64,000 nucleotides of DNA from positions 13,802 to 77,801 of the forward strand of contig CAYUEN010000004.1 in NCBI GenBank assembly GCA_964443745.1, given 5' to 3'. A model generated the notes under the pieces. That model was not told where the DNA came from and did no database searches. It worked only from the letters and a program-made list of their open reading frames with translations. A program made the position numbers and the translations under genes. Of the stretch, positions 28,567 through 37,885 are shown piece by piece (within the stretch, counting starts at the first letter, position 1; every line of letters begins with the position of its first letter). The DNA comes from an uncultured Campylobacterales bacterium (GTDB taxonomy: Bacteria; Campylobacterota; Campylobacteria; Campylobacterales; QNZT01).

Positions 28567-30198
28567 ATGCAACGCCTGAACAAAATCGAAAAACTCAAAG
28601 CCGCCATGCCTCCTTTCAGTTTTCGCCAAAGGCTACGGACACTCGATCCGGAGGCGCTGACGGAAGCGGATCGTTTCTATCTGAAAAATTTCGGTATCTA
28701 CAATATCAAACTCCGTCCCGAAGCCTTCATGATACGCCTGAGGATCGCGGGGGGACGCATCGACAGGCAAAAAGTGCGAATCCTCGCACGAATCGCCGAC
28801 GAATACGACTTGAAAATCGTGTTGACGACGCGTGCCCAGATCGAACTGCACAATCTTGACGCGAAAAACCTTTTTAAAGTCTACGATTTGCTGCGGCGGT
28901 ATCGATTTTCGTCGTTGCAGACGCTGAGCGACAACGTGAGAAATATCGTGACCGATCCGTACGACGGCCTGCTTCCCCAAAGCCCCTATGCGGTCTATCC
29001 GCTGATCGAAAAGATGCAGGATTTCGTGCTCGACGATCCGGAGTGGATGGGAATGCTACCGAGGAAATTCAACACGGCGATCACCGCGAACGAAGCTTGT
29101 CATGAGGCTTTTTTTCACAACGATCTTCTTTTCGCTCCGGCTGCAAAAGGGCGGATGCGGGGTTTTAACCTCTATCTGGGCGGCAAAAATTCCGAAACGG
29201 CGCGAAGTGCGAATCTGTTCGTTCTCTACGAAGAGGTGTTTTGGATCTTTGTCGCGGTGCTTCGGGCCTACAGACGTTACGGGCTGCGCGCTTCCCGTTC
29301 GAAAGCCCGGCTTTTTCATCTGTTGCGGGAGATTTCGATGGAGCGGTTTCGGGAGTATATCGGTGAATTTTCTTCCGTTCCTTTGCGACCGGAAGGGAAA
29401 CTTCTTCTGAAAAAAGTACCGATCGCTCCGTTTCGGGAACTCTCCGACGGCCGCTACGGGGTGTGTTATCAGACGCGTTTTGGAGAGATCTCTTCGCGGG
29501 AGCTCTCCCGGATAGCCGATTTCGTCGAAAAGAAGGGATTGGAGATTCGTCTCTCCACCAGCCAAAATCTCCATCTGTTGGGACTGGATGATAAAAAGAC
29601 GCCTTTCGCGCGGATCGAGGGCGCTTCGCATACGTTCGCATGTGCGGGTAGCCGGTACTGCGCTCTTTCGCTCTGGGATGTCAAAGGCGAGACGTCCTAT
29701 TTGCCGATGGGGCGTATCGAACGGCTGGATATACGCGTGGGTTTCAGCGGTTGTTTGAAGGGTTGCGGCCACCATCATCATGTCGATATCGGGCTGGTGG
29801 GGCTTCGCACCAACCTCTTCGGCCCTACGGACAAAGCGGCCAGGCTCTTTTTGGGCGGAGTCTATACCCGAGGCCTCGCGCCGGCGCGCCTGCTTTTTTA
29901 CGTCGTGCCGCTTGCACATCTTCATGAAGTGGTTTCGGAGATTCTCGACGCCTTCGAAGAGAGCGGATTTTCGGATTTCGAACGTTACAGCATGGAGCGT
30001 CTCAACCGCTTTAGCGAAGGATTGCTGCGTCTATGGCTGCTCGCCAGGCTCTATTTGAGGCGAAAGATCGCTTTGGAGGCGGTTTCCGAGGCGCGGATGT
30101 TCGAAAAACTGCGTACCCTCGAAGGGTTTCCCGAGGAAGAGGATTACGAAGGGGCCACACGTCTGATAATGCATGCCCTCTGGGATACGAAAAAATAG
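28567..30198 (+). CDS. Nitrite/sulfite reductase-family hemoprotein (siroheme/[4Fe-4S]-type)
   Basis: Start ATG 28567 after GGGAGG. NIR_SIR-like FYLKNFGIYNIKLRPEAFMIRLRIAGGRI, and cluster ligands CAGSRYC ... CLKGC (Cx5C...Cx3C). Confidence 0.7.
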   Translation: MQRLNKIEKLKAAMPPFSFRQRLRTLDPEALTEADRFYLKNFGIYNIKLRPEAFMIRLRIAGGRIDRQKVRILARIADEYDLKIVLTTRAQIELHNLDAKNLFKVYDLLRRYRFSSLQTLSDNVRNIVTDPYDGLLPQSPYAVYPLIEKMQDFVLDDPEWMGMLPRKFNTAITANEACHEAFFHNDLLFAPAAKGRMRGFNLYLGGKNSETARSANLFVLYEEVFWIFVAVLRAYRRYGLRASRSKARLFHLLREISMERFREYIGEFSSVPLRPEGKLLLKKVPIAPFRELSDGRYGVCYQTRFGEISSRELSRIADFVEKKGLEIRLSTSQNLHLLGLDDKKTPFARIEGASHTFACAGSRYCALSLWDVKGETSYLPMGRIERLDIRVGFSGCLKGCGHHHHVDIGLVGLRTNLFGPTDKAARLFLGGVYTRGLAPARLLFYVVPLAHLHEVVSEILDAFEESGFSDFERYSMERLNRFSEGLLRLWLLARLYLRRKIALEAVSEARMFEKLRTLEGFPEEEDYEGATRLIMHALWDTKK

Positions 30199-30222
30199 AG
30201 AAGAATTTCGATGAAGTAAAGC

Positions 30223-30247
30223 CCAAGCGCCGTTTTCGTGCGCTTGG
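30223..30247. terminator. Bidirectional hairpin in convergent intergenic region
   Basis: CCAAGCGC-cgttttcgt-GCGCTTGG, a perfect 8-bp stem, between the stops at 30198 (+) and 30289 (-). Confidence 0.5.
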
Positions 30248-30256
30248 ATAATACAC

Positions 30257-30276
30257 CTTGCGTAAAAGTACGCAGG
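30257..30276. terminator. Second hairpin in the same convergent gap
   Basis: CTTGCGTA-aaag-TACGCAGG (8 bp with one G-T pair). Confidence 0.35.
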
Positions 30277-30288
30277 CACTGAAGAGTC

Positions 30289-33200
30289 TCAATATTTCCC
30301 GACGAGGTTCACGAACCATCCCTGGGCGTCGTAGTCGTTGGTGTGGGTCAGATCGTCGCTGAAACTGCTGAAGTTGTAGCCAATCCCCACTTTCATATGT
30401 TCGCCGACCGTTTTGTAAAGTCCCGCGAGCAGACCGCTTTTTGTGACGTCGTCGTCATCGTCAAGCCAATGCATCTCCATCAAAGCGTCCCAACTGCTGA
30501 GCAGATGGTAGTTGAGCCTGAACGCGGCGAGTCTGAGCGCACTTTCGTACCATACGCCCGCGTCACGGTTTTGTCTTAGTTTGTAGCGTTTGTATCCCAG
30601 TTTTCCTCCCACGCTCCAGCGGTTGCCGAGCAGCCAGGAGAGTTCGGCTTCGACGATATGGGATTTTTCGTCCGGTCTGATGTCGCTTTGCGCGGTGGTC
30701 ACCAAATCGTAGAGATAGGTGTATTTCGCGATCATGTTGAAACGCGGCTCGCTGACCGGTCGCCATGCGAATCCGATGCCCGTTTCGATGAATTTGGCGA
30801 TATTGGTGTCGGAAAGACGATCGCGGGTGAGGGAGTAGTTGAGTTTGGCGAGCAGTTGCCAGGAGGGATCGAGTCTGTATCGGATCTTGTTGGCGGTCAG
30901 ATATTGACGCTGCTTTTTGGTATCGGATTTGTCTTCCCTATATTCCAGTTTCGAGGAGGCGCGCAGTCTCTTGTCGGCATAATGGATTCCTCCGGATATG
31001 GAGTTTCGTCTGATCGTATCGGTTTCGGTGAGCCGGATTCCCTGGAGGGAGAGGTCGTAGGTGAGATAACGGCTCGCGGCATAGCTAAGACCAAACGTAT
31101 GGCCGATACCGTCGCTTTCGTCTCCGCCGACGAATTGATGTTCGCTGTAGATTTCGAGCGCTTTCGTGATTTGGCTTCTTTGTCCGACGGTGAAGACGTC
31201 GCGCTTCCCTTCGGTGCGGTCGGTGCTGATGGTGTAAGTGCCGTAAATCGTGCGCGCGTCGCTCAGCGCGTAATCGGCTCCCAATTGCAGGGCGTCACCC
31301 CTCTCTCCCGTACTCGCTTCGGCATGCATTGTCATTTTGGATAGATGGGCGTTCGCGCCGACGGTATAGAGATCGTTGTCGGTATAGGTGCCTTTTTTGT
31401 CGATCGTTTGCTGTACGATGGTATAAAGATCAAACCATGAATTGAGCGCATATCCCAGCTTCACGGCGGCGAGTGTCCCTTCACCGTCTCCGGTGGTGCG
31501 TTCCTCCTTGATGTAGCTGGCTTGTGCCGCGGCGAGAAAGCGCCCCTTCTTCATATCGACCTGTGCGCTTAAGTGGGTGTCGCTTCGTTCTCCGCGCTCG
31601 TTTTTGGTCGCGCGTGCCTGGAGGCCGGTGTGGGCATCCATTTTTACGCTCGCTTCGATTCCCATATCTTCGCTCGCTTCGTTCGAATCGGAAACGTAAC
31701 GTCTGGAAGAGTAGCCGGCTTGACGCCTTTTCCACCAGGCTCCGACGGCACCGTCGGGAGCGTCGGGGTGGAGATCTTTCAGGTCGACGCGGCTTTCGAC
31801 GCCGACCGCTTCACCGCTTTGGGGCGTGAGTCCGTCGTCCAGAGAGTGGAAACTCAAGCCGCCGTCCAAAGACTCCAGACTCGGTGCAAAAGTCTCCCTC
31901 CCTTCGGTTTTGGCGTATTCGAGTTTCAGATAGCTGCGTTCGTTCGCTTTGAGTGTCAGATCCGCCCCTTTGAGCTCGTAGTCTCTTCCTTCGCGATCTT
32001 CATGGGCGTAGGTGGCCCCGAGCGCGACATGGTCGTTGATCCACCGTTTGCCTCTGGCGCCGTAGGTGGCGCGGTCGGGTTCGAAACCGTCCGGAACGTA
32101 TTCGTAATCGACCATCAGATAGAGGCGGTCTCCATCGAGCGGCTTATCCTTGATCAACGATGGGCCTTTCTCCTTGACGACGCTCATAAGAGGACGGGAG
32201 AGGATGATGCGTCCTTGGAGATCGTCGATTTCGTAATCCCGGCCGCGTACGAGGGGGATACTGCGGATCGTGCGGTCTCCGTTTTTCTGGCGTACCTCCA
32301 CCCACACTTTGGCGCTTCCCTCGACGATATCGGTATGTTTGAGATAATAGAGACTCCCGCCCGTTCCGAGAAAACGGTTGTGCGCCAATACCGACTGCGC
32401 GGGGGAGGCGTAGAGGATCAGGTCGCTTTCGGTGTCGTTTTGATTCGTGGTGTCGGTGGAGCTGTATTTGAGTTTGGCGCCGTAGAGAGAACGGTCGACC
32501 TGGGCGAATTCGTTTCCTGTGATTCCGGTGTTGTAATCTCCCCAAAGGGCGCTCGATTTGTCCCAGTCGACTCTGACGTAGAGTCTACCCTGGGAGTCGG
32601 CGTCGGAGCGAAGCGAAGCCCCGTCACCGTAAACGTAGTAGTAACGGTCGGGATCCAAATGCCTGAAAAGCGTCCTGGGATCTTTGCGGTCGAACGTCTT
32701 GGCTATATTCTCCAACTCCTCTTGCTGCGTATCCATCTGAGCGGTAATCAGATATTTGCCTTTGATCTTCCCTTTCAGATAGAAAGCGAGCCTTCCTTCG
32801 GTGAAGATGTCCTCGTCATGATAGGTATCGGAGGTAAGCGGCGCGATATGTCCGGAAATGTCGTATTTGCCGATCGTCGCGTCGGCGATACCGACCATGA
32901 AGAAGTAGGTGTCCTTTACGTTTACCGAAAGACGCTTTTTGTAGATTCGCCCTTTGGGATCCATCATCGCCATCAAGATTTTCTGTTTTCCGACGGGCTT
33001 GATCTCTTCGACGACGAAGCGGCCCCTCTCGTCGATACGGACGTTTTCGCCTTCGATGTTGAGTTTGTAGTCGGCGGGGATCTTCTCTCCGTAGATTCGT
33101 ACTCTTGCGCCACGAATGGGAATGTGCGCGGTTTTGAGATGACTCTTGCCGTAGATCAGATCGGCGGGATTTTGCAGCGGGGTGGAAGCGGGAGATTCGC

Positions 33201-33792
33201 CGAGCCGTACCGATCGCTCCGCCGTCTGGTCGTAGCGGCCCGATTTGTCGTAAACCCTTAAAACGTAGTAAATCCGCATACCGTTTTGAAGCTTCATACC
33301 CGAAGCTGTATCGCCTTTCCAGACGATTTTTTGCGGCAATCCTTTACCCTCGAAAAGTTTGAGAGGGAGATTGCGTCCGACATGGTCTTTGGTATATAGC
33401 ACCATTTGATAGCGGTTGAAGAAGTCGCGGTAGTTGTTGTAGGTCGCGAATGTCAGCGGATGCAGGAGGTGTCCGTCGGCTATTTGCGCGTATTCGTACG
33501 TTTTGATGTCCAGATGTCGCCGGATATTCGCCGGATCGCTGGTGGTCCAGATGACGCCGCCGTTTTCGAGGCGGAGGGTTCCGGTCTCCTTGATTACCTT
33601 GGTCCGGGTGGTCTGCAAAGAGACGTCGGCCCGTCTGTTTTTGGCCATACCTTTGCTGGGAGCGTCGTTGACGGCTATAGGATCGCATTCGCTCTTGTCG
33701 ACGATTTCCACGCTGAAAGGCGCTTGTGCCGCCTCGAGTGCCGAAAGCGTCATCAGGGTCGCCAGACTGTAACGTATCAGAGAGGTTTTCAT
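30289..33792 (-). CDS. Very large outer-membrane protein (N-terminal periplasmic/surface modules plus large C-terminal beta-barrel)
   Basis: Start ATG 33792 (MKTSLIRYSLATLMTLSALEAAQA signal peptide), ATGA overlap with the upstream OmpA-like stop. C-terminal half is alternating-hydrophobic and Y/G/D/T-rich, ending in the aromatic terminus NLVGKY typical of OM barrels. Confidence 0.6.
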   Translation of the reverse strand: MKTSLIRYSLATLMTLSALEAAQAPFSVEIVDKSECDPIAVNDAPSKGMAKNRRADVSLQTTRTKVIKETGTLRLENGGVIWTTSDPANIRRHLDIKTYEYAQIADGHLLHPLTFATYNNYRDFFNRYQMVLYTKDHVGRNLPLKLFEGKGLPQKIVWKGDTASGMKLQNGMRIYYVLRVYDKSGRYDQTAERSVRLGESPASTPLQNPADLIYGKSHLKTAHIPIRGARVRIYGEKIPADYKLNIEGENVRIDERGRFVVEEIKPVGKQKILMAMMDPKGRIYKKRLSVNVKDTYFFMVGIADATIGKYDISGHIAPLTSDTYHDEDIFTEGRLAFYLKGKIKGKYLITAQMDTQQEELENIAKTFDRKDPRTLFRHLDPDRYYYVYGDGASLRSDADSQGRLYVRVDWDKSSALWGDYNTGITGNEFAQVDRSLYGAKLKYSSTDTTNQNDTESDLILYASPAQSVLAHNRFLGTGGSLYYLKHTDIVEGSAKVWVEVRQKNGDRTIRSIPLVRGRDYEIDDLQGRIILSRPLMSVVKEKGPSLIKDKPLDGDRLYLMVDYEYVPDGFEPDRATYGARGKRWINDHVALGATYAHEDREGRDYELKGADLTLKANERSYLKLEYAKTEGRETFAPSLESLDGGLSFHSLDDGLTPQSGEAVGVESRVDLKDLHPDAPDGAVGAWWKRRQAGYSSRRYVSDSNEASEDMGIEASVKMDAHTGLQARATKNERGERSDTHLSAQVDMKKGRFLAAAQASYIKEERTTGDGEGTLAAVKLGYALNSWFDLYTIVQQTIDKKGTYTDNDLYTVGANAHLSKMTMHAEASTGERGDALQLGADYALSDARTIYGTYTISTDRTEGKRDVFTVGQRSQITKALEIYSEHQFVGGDESDGIGHTFGLSYAASRYLTYDLSLQGIRLTETDTIRRNSISGGIHYADKRLRASSKLEYREDKSDTKKQRQYLTANKIRYRLDPSWQLLAKLNYSLTRDRLSDTNIAKFIETGIGFAWRPVSEPRFNMIAKYTYLYDLVTTAQSDIRPDEKSHIVEAELSWLLGNRWSVGGKLGYKRYKLRQNRDAGVWYESALRLAAFRLNYHLLSSWDALMEMHWLDDDDDVTKSGLLAGLYKTVGEHMKVGIGYNFSSFSDDLTHTNDYDAQGWFVNLVGKY

Positions 33793-34724
33793 TTTTCGCC
33801 TCCGCTTCTCTTTTCGCATTTCGTGCCGAGGACGGTGCACTCTTTGGGAAGCCTGGGCGGATTGGGTTTGCCCCACCAGTCGTATTTGGGATCGAACCAC
33901 ACTTCGCCGCATTTGTCCAGATAGGTGATCTTGACCCGTTTCATCAAATCTTTTCCGATGCGGTATCTAAGCTCTTTGTAAACGGTTTGTGCGCGTCTTT
34001 TGGCGAGTTTCGTGTTGTACCATTTGGGAGCTCTGGCGTCCGTATTTCCGGTGATGGTGATCTTCCCGCCACGATATTTTCGGATCGTTTTGGCGATTTT
34101 GTCGAGTTCGCACACCTGATCGGGACGGATGCATGCTTTGTCGGAATCGAAAAAGATCGATCCGATTTCGATCCGGACCGTTTCGTCCACGTTTCTGGTT
34201 TTTTCCACTTTCGCGACAAACGGTGTCTGTTTCGGCAACTTCACGCCGAAATCGATCCGGTTGAGCTGACCTGCGGTGATTCGGTAGACTCTGGGGTTTT
34301 CGGTAGTGACAAGGGCTCCCTCGGGTAGGGATGCGCGATCGATTTTGACGATGGCGTTACGGCCGCGACTGCCGAACCCTCCGCTTTCGCAATCGGGTAT
34401 GTGATAGCGTCCGTAGGCATCCGTTTCGATGACAAGCCCCCTCGCGGTGGCCAGCCGCACACCGGGAATTCCCCGTTCGTTTTTCTGCTGGATTCCGTCT
34501 TCGTTGGGATCTTCGAAAACGGTTCCTACGAGCGTCGCGCAATCGGTAAAGAGAGAAAAGGTATCGGAAACCTCCCCGTCCGGTCCGATCGGTGGAGGTG
34601 GAGGGGTCACGGGTGGTGGAGGTGGAGGGGGAATGTACCGACTCTTCGGAGTTTCCGCGCCGGAAGCAGTAAGTATTAGAAAAAATAATCCTATGAAAGC
34701 GGTGAAAATTCGTGATATATGCAT
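33789..34724 (-). CDS. OmpA-C-like peptidoglycan-associated protein with polyproline linker and SdrD/Cna-B-like fold
   Basis: Signal peptide, PPPPPPPVTPPPPP, GTVFEDPNEDGIQQKNERGIPGVRL (B-type repeat), and OmpA_C-like IFFDSDKACIRPDQ...ITITGNTDARAP..NTKLAKRRAQTVYKEL. Confidence 0.7.
   Translation of the reverse strand: MHISRIFTAFIGLFFLILTASGAETPKSRYIPPPPPPPVTPPPPPIGPDGEVSDTFSLFTDCATLVGTVFEDPNEDGIQQKNERGIPGVRLATARGLVIETDAYGRYHIPDCESGGFGSRGRNAIVKIDRASLPEGALVTTENPRVYRITAGQLNRIDFGVKLPKQTPFVAKVEKTRNVDETVRIEIGSIFFDSDKACIRPDQVCELDKIAKTIRKYRGGKITITGNTDARAPKWYNTKLAKRRAQTVYKELRYRIGKDLMKRVKITYLDKCGEVWFDPKYDWWGKPNPPRLPKECTVLGTKCEKRSGGEK
34591..34630. repeat. Perfect 16-bp direct repeat GGTGGAGGTGGAGGGG x2, 24-bp period, inside the polyproline-coding segment
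   Basis: Copies at 34591-34606 and 34615-34630, separated by TCACGGGT. Encodes the P-tracts on the minus strand. Confidence 0.8.
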
Positions 34725-34742
34725 CTAAGTGCTCCGTTTGAG

Positions 34743-34750
34743 TGTATAAT
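34743..34750 (+). promoter_or_regulatory. Extended -10 promoter element TGTATAAT for the HAD-family gene
   Basis: Exact TGnTATAAT match 49 bp upstream of ATG 34799, in the divergent intergenic region. Confidence 0.4.
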
Positions 34751-34798
34751 ATAGAGATAAAATCGGCAAATTCAAAATATTGTTTAAAAGGAGCGGTT

Positions 34799-35554
34799 AT
34801 GAAGATGATCAAAGGGTTGCTCTTCGATATCGGTGGGGTTCTTTATGTAGGCGAAAAACCGATCGAAGGTGCGCGCGAAACGATCATGATGCTTCGAAAA
34901 ACCTATCCGATGCGGTTTCTTACCAATGCGACGCGCAAAACGCCGCGATCGATATTGGCGAAATTGCGTGGAATGGGGTTTTCTCTGAAAGATGAAGAGC
35001 TCTTTACCGCACTGGATGCCGCCAGACGTTACGTTTCGGATCGTGACGGTCGCGTCTATACCGTGTTGACGGACGAAGCGGAAGCGTGGTTTGCGAACCT
35101 GAAATCCGACAAGCCCGATTTCGTAGTGGTGGGCGATGCCCATACCAATTTCGACTACCGCCGTCTCAACGGAGCTTTCAGAGCGCTGATGGAGGGGGCG
35201 GAGTTGATCGCGGCGGCGAAAAACCGCTATTTCAAAGACGAAGACGGCGAGCTTTCGCTGGATGCGGGCGGGTTCATCGCCGCGTTGGAGTATGCAGCGG
35301 GAAAAGAGGCGAAAATCGTCGGAAAACCGAGTGAAGCGTTTTTTCGTATGGCGGTCGATTCGATGGGGCTGGAGCCGGAGGAGGTATTGATGGTGGGAGA
35401 CGATATCGAATCGGATGTCAAAGGGGCGCAGGATGCGGGATTGAGAGCGGTACTTGTACAGACGGGTAAATATCGCGAAGAAGATCTCAGGAAAGGTATC
35501 GTACCCGATGCGGTTTTGACGGATGTGACGGCACTGCCTTCGCTACTGATGTAG
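34799..35554 (+). CDS. HAD-superfamily hydrolase, subfamily IIA
   Basis: MKMIKGLLFDIGGVLY (DxG motif I variant), LTNATRKT, KPSEAFF, and MVGDDIESDVKGAQDAG (motif IV). Confidence 0.8.
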   Translation: MKMIKGLLFDIGGVLYVGEKPIEGARETIMMLRKTYPMRFLTNATRKTPRSILAKLRGMGFSLKDEELFTALDAARRYVSDRDGRVYTVLTDEAEAWFANLKSDKPDFVVVGDAHTNFDYRRLNGAFRALMEGAELIAAAKNRYFKDEDGELSLDAGGFIAALEYAAGKEAKIVGKPSEAFFRMAVDSMGLEPEEVLMVGDDIESDVKGAQDAGLRAVLVQTGKYREEDLRKGIVPDAVLTDVTALPSLLM

Positions 35555-35568
35555 AAGAAAGAGGATAT

Positions 35569-35582
35569 TCCCCAAAAGGGGA
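35569..35582. terminator. Small hairpin in convergent gap
   Basis: TCCCC-aaaa-GGGGA between the stops at 35554 (+) and 35586 (-). Short stem, so weak. Confidence 0.25.
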
Positions 35583-35585
35583 GAA

Positions 35586-37232
35586 TCACTCCTGCAGGTG
35601 GGGTGTCTCCAGATCGATCATCGCGACGAAGCAGATACCATGGGGAGTGTTGTAGTCGATGGTCAGTTCACCACCGAGTAGATGAACCAGATGTGCCAGG
35701 CGAAAAAGCGGTGCAAGCGGACTCGAGTGGTCGTACTGGAGATGTTGGTCTTTTTTGTAGAACTGGCTTCTGACGATAAGACGCCGCTCTTTTTCGGAGA
35801 TGTGGCTCTGATGGTCGCAAACGGTAATACGGATTGCGGTTTTGGCCTCTTTTTCCGCCACCTGGTCGAAAAAAACATCGATTTGGTTTTGGCTCGATGT
35901 TTGTTGTTGTAGATAGTGGAAAGGCAAACGCACGACTTCCACGATTTTTTGCAGATCTCCCATACAGCTGTCAGGAAGTGACGGGTCAATTTTGTATACG
36001 AGCTTTTGTTTGCGCTTTCTACTCTCCTGGATCAACGCATCTATCAGAGACCTGAACTCTTCCAGCGGATTGAATTGGTGCAACTGGAGAGGTTTGGGTA
36101 TATAGTGCGTATCCATCTCGTTCAGAGCGCGTTCCTCTTTGCGGATATTGGTCAGGGGGAGTGCCGAATCGCTCTCTTTCGAAACGCTTCTTAGGGTAGC
36201 GGTCTCCTCTTTGGGTGTAGCCTCTTTTTTTGATCTTCTCTCTTTGAGATAATCGAGCGTGATGTAGTCGTCGGGTCTGTATCCCTTTTTGAAAAGAGAC
36301 CTCGACGAAATGACGATCAAGACGAACGCTCCGAAAGTCACCAAGATATAGAGTAGAGGTTGCAAATAGAAGAGATCTTCCTTTTCGGTCGAATATTCGA
36401 TATCGCGAATGATCTGCTCCTCGAAATCGGAGAGTTTGTCTGTCCAACTGTTTAAATGTCCTACCCAGGCGGTAGCGCTGATAGTGTAGTTTCCAGATGA
36501 AGCGTGTCGCACAACGGGGATACGGATAGTCCGCATCGACTCCGCAAAAGCGACAGGATCGGAAAAAAGTTTGATGCCGAGTTTCGTAGAAGCCTCTTTT
36601 CGGGGAAAACGGTACGATGTCAGTAACGTCTCCCACAATCGAAGCTCTTTGGCGTTCATGGGTTTGTTGCGTCCGAGTATAAAAGCGATATAACTCTTTT
36701 CCTGTGAGAGCGTGAGCATAAAATCGATACTCTCTTGATAGAGGGAGAGGGCGTTGTCGTATGAGGGGATCGTGTCTATGACCTCTTTGAGCGTTTTGTG
36801 GAGAGAACCGATGATCTCGTCTTGAAAATAGTCGAAGAGGATATTGTGGTATTCCGGTGTCACGACGTCGATACGCGAACGGACGTACTGGAGATTTTCA
36901 CCTATTTCCGAAAGCCTTCTGGGAAGATCGGGAAGAATTTTCGAATCGGCGAGTGTTTGGAGTCTTTTAAGTTGATCGTCGGTCTCTTTTCTCGCTTTTT
37001 CTAGTTGATTGAAATCGGTTTTCCCTCCATAACCGAGATAGACCGCGCTAAGTGCCTGTTCGTTTGTGATGGCATGCAGTGATTTTGTCGAAGCTTCGAG
37101 TAGAGAAAAGAGTGTGTCGTTCCGGGAAAGAGATTGATCTTGACGATAGTTTTGAAATATTTTAAAACTACCGAATCCAAAAACCAGAAGCGAAAGCAGC
37201 AGCAGAATAAAAGAGAGTGTTTTTTTCATCAT
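35586..37232 (-). CDS. Membrane sensor-like protein: periplasmic NIT-like domain, TM helix, cytoplasmic degenerate HATPase_c (pseudo-histidine-kinase, no H-box)
   Basis: N-terminal TM, about 270-aa helical periplasmic region (NEQALSAVYLGYGG..., YIAFILGRNKPMNAKELRLWE), second TM (LLYILVTFGAFVLIVI). The C-terminus is colinear with kinase ATP-lid regions, but the N, G1 and G2 boxes are replaced (RLPFHYLQQQT, CDHQSHI, SSPLAPLF). No HExxxP-type phospho-acceptor. Confidence 0.55.
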   Translation of the reverse strand: MMKKTLSFILLLLSLLVFGFGSFKIFQNYRQDQSLSRNDTLFSLLEASTKSLHAITNEQALSAVYLGYGGKTDFNQLEKARKETDDQLKRLQTLADSKILPDLPRRLSEIGENLQYVRSRIDVVTPEYHNILFDYFQDEIIGSLHKTLKEVIDTIPSYDNALSLYQESIDFMLTLSQEKSYIAFILGRNKPMNAKELRLWETLLTSYRFPRKEASTKLGIKLFSDPVAFAESMRTIRIPVVRHASSGNYTISATAWVGHLNSWTDKLSDFEEQIIRDIEYSTEKEDLFYLQPLLYILVTFGAFVLIVISSRSLFKKGYRPDDYITLDYLKERRSKKEATPKEETATLRSVSKESDSALPLTNIRKEERALNEMDTHYIPKPLQLHQFNPLEEFRSLIDALIQESRKRKQKLVYKIDPSLPDSCMGDLQKIVEVVRLPFHYLQQQTSSQNQIDVFFDQVAEKEAKTAIRITVCDHQSHISEKERRLIVRSQFYKKDQHLQYDHSSPLAPLFRLAHLVHLLGGELTIDYNTPHGICFVAMIDLETPHLQE

Positions 37233-37885
37233 TTGTTTCCAAGTCTTCCTTCCAGATCATACAGCGCATAGGATAAAATCGTAGGAATTTTTGTCTGGGT
37301 GTTGATCAGAGGTCTATAGTTTTTCCACAATTTCTTAATGGAGTCGTCCATCTTCATCGAAAGCGTATCGATTTTGTAGAGGGTCCTGGCGAGTTTTCCC
37401 GTATCGGAATCGAATCCGAGGTGATATTCCAGATAGGATCTGAATGCCGTGGCCAGATAGAGATTCATCTGCCAATTGCGGGGGATGGAGACCGTTTTGG
37501 GTTGAATCGATTCCGCACCTTCCTGCAGACCGGTACAGTAGTCGAGAATCTGCGTCATATTCTCCTTGGTCAGCTTTTTGGGAAGTGTCGATTTGATTTT
37601 GTCTTTACTGAAGGAGAGATACTCCAGGACGTTTTTGGCGTTGTCGTCCGGAGCGTTGATCGCCGCCTTTCGAAACGCTTTCTCCAGTGTATGGATCGTT
37701 CGCTCTATTTCGTCGGAGAGAAGCGGGTTGTGTGCATAGTAGTGAAGGAAAAGAGCGTCCGCCGCGATTTTTTGACTGGCATACTGTATCTGGGTGACCG
37801 CGATCACGAAATCCTGCATCGATGCGAAAAGTGTCGTCGAACACCACAACAGAAGAGAAGCGATTACTTTTTTGGAGATATACAT
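37229..37885 (-). CDS. Secreted helical protein (degenerate PilJ/NIT-like module)
   Basis: Signal peptide MYISKKVIASLLLWCSTTLFA. Helical; IQYASQKIAADALFL sits where the neighbours have GKQRMLSQRM. ATGA overlap with the downstream gene. Confidence 0.45.
   Translation of the reverse strand: MYISKKVIASLLLWCSTTLFASMQDFVIAVTQIQYASQKIAADALFLHYYAHNPLLSDEIERTIHTLEKAFRKAAINAPDDNAKNVLEYLSFSKDKIKSTLPKKLTKENMTQILDYCTGLQEGAESIQPKTVSIPRNWQMNLYLATAFRSYLEYHLGFDSDTGKLARTLYKIDTLSMKMDDSIKKLWKNYRPLINTQTKIPTILSYALYDLEGRLGNK

Noticed and set aside
29761-29790. His-run (GHHHHVD) in the NiR/SiR-like protein, considered as a metal-binding tag or slippage-prone repeat
   Set aside because: It is only four codons long and is adjacent to the conserved Cx3C cluster motif. 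This is probably ordinary sequence variation.
31573-33261. 562-aa plus-strand ORF
   Set aside because: It lies antisense to the large outer-membrane protein gene, with no start context and no motifs.
37215-37223. Single extra copy of GAGTGTTTT, resembling the 42711/45001 repeat unit
   Set aside because: It is a lone copy inside the N-terminal codons (KKTLS) of the 548-aa gene. A single 8-mer is expected by chance in 64 kb; only the tandem phased arrangement is significant.
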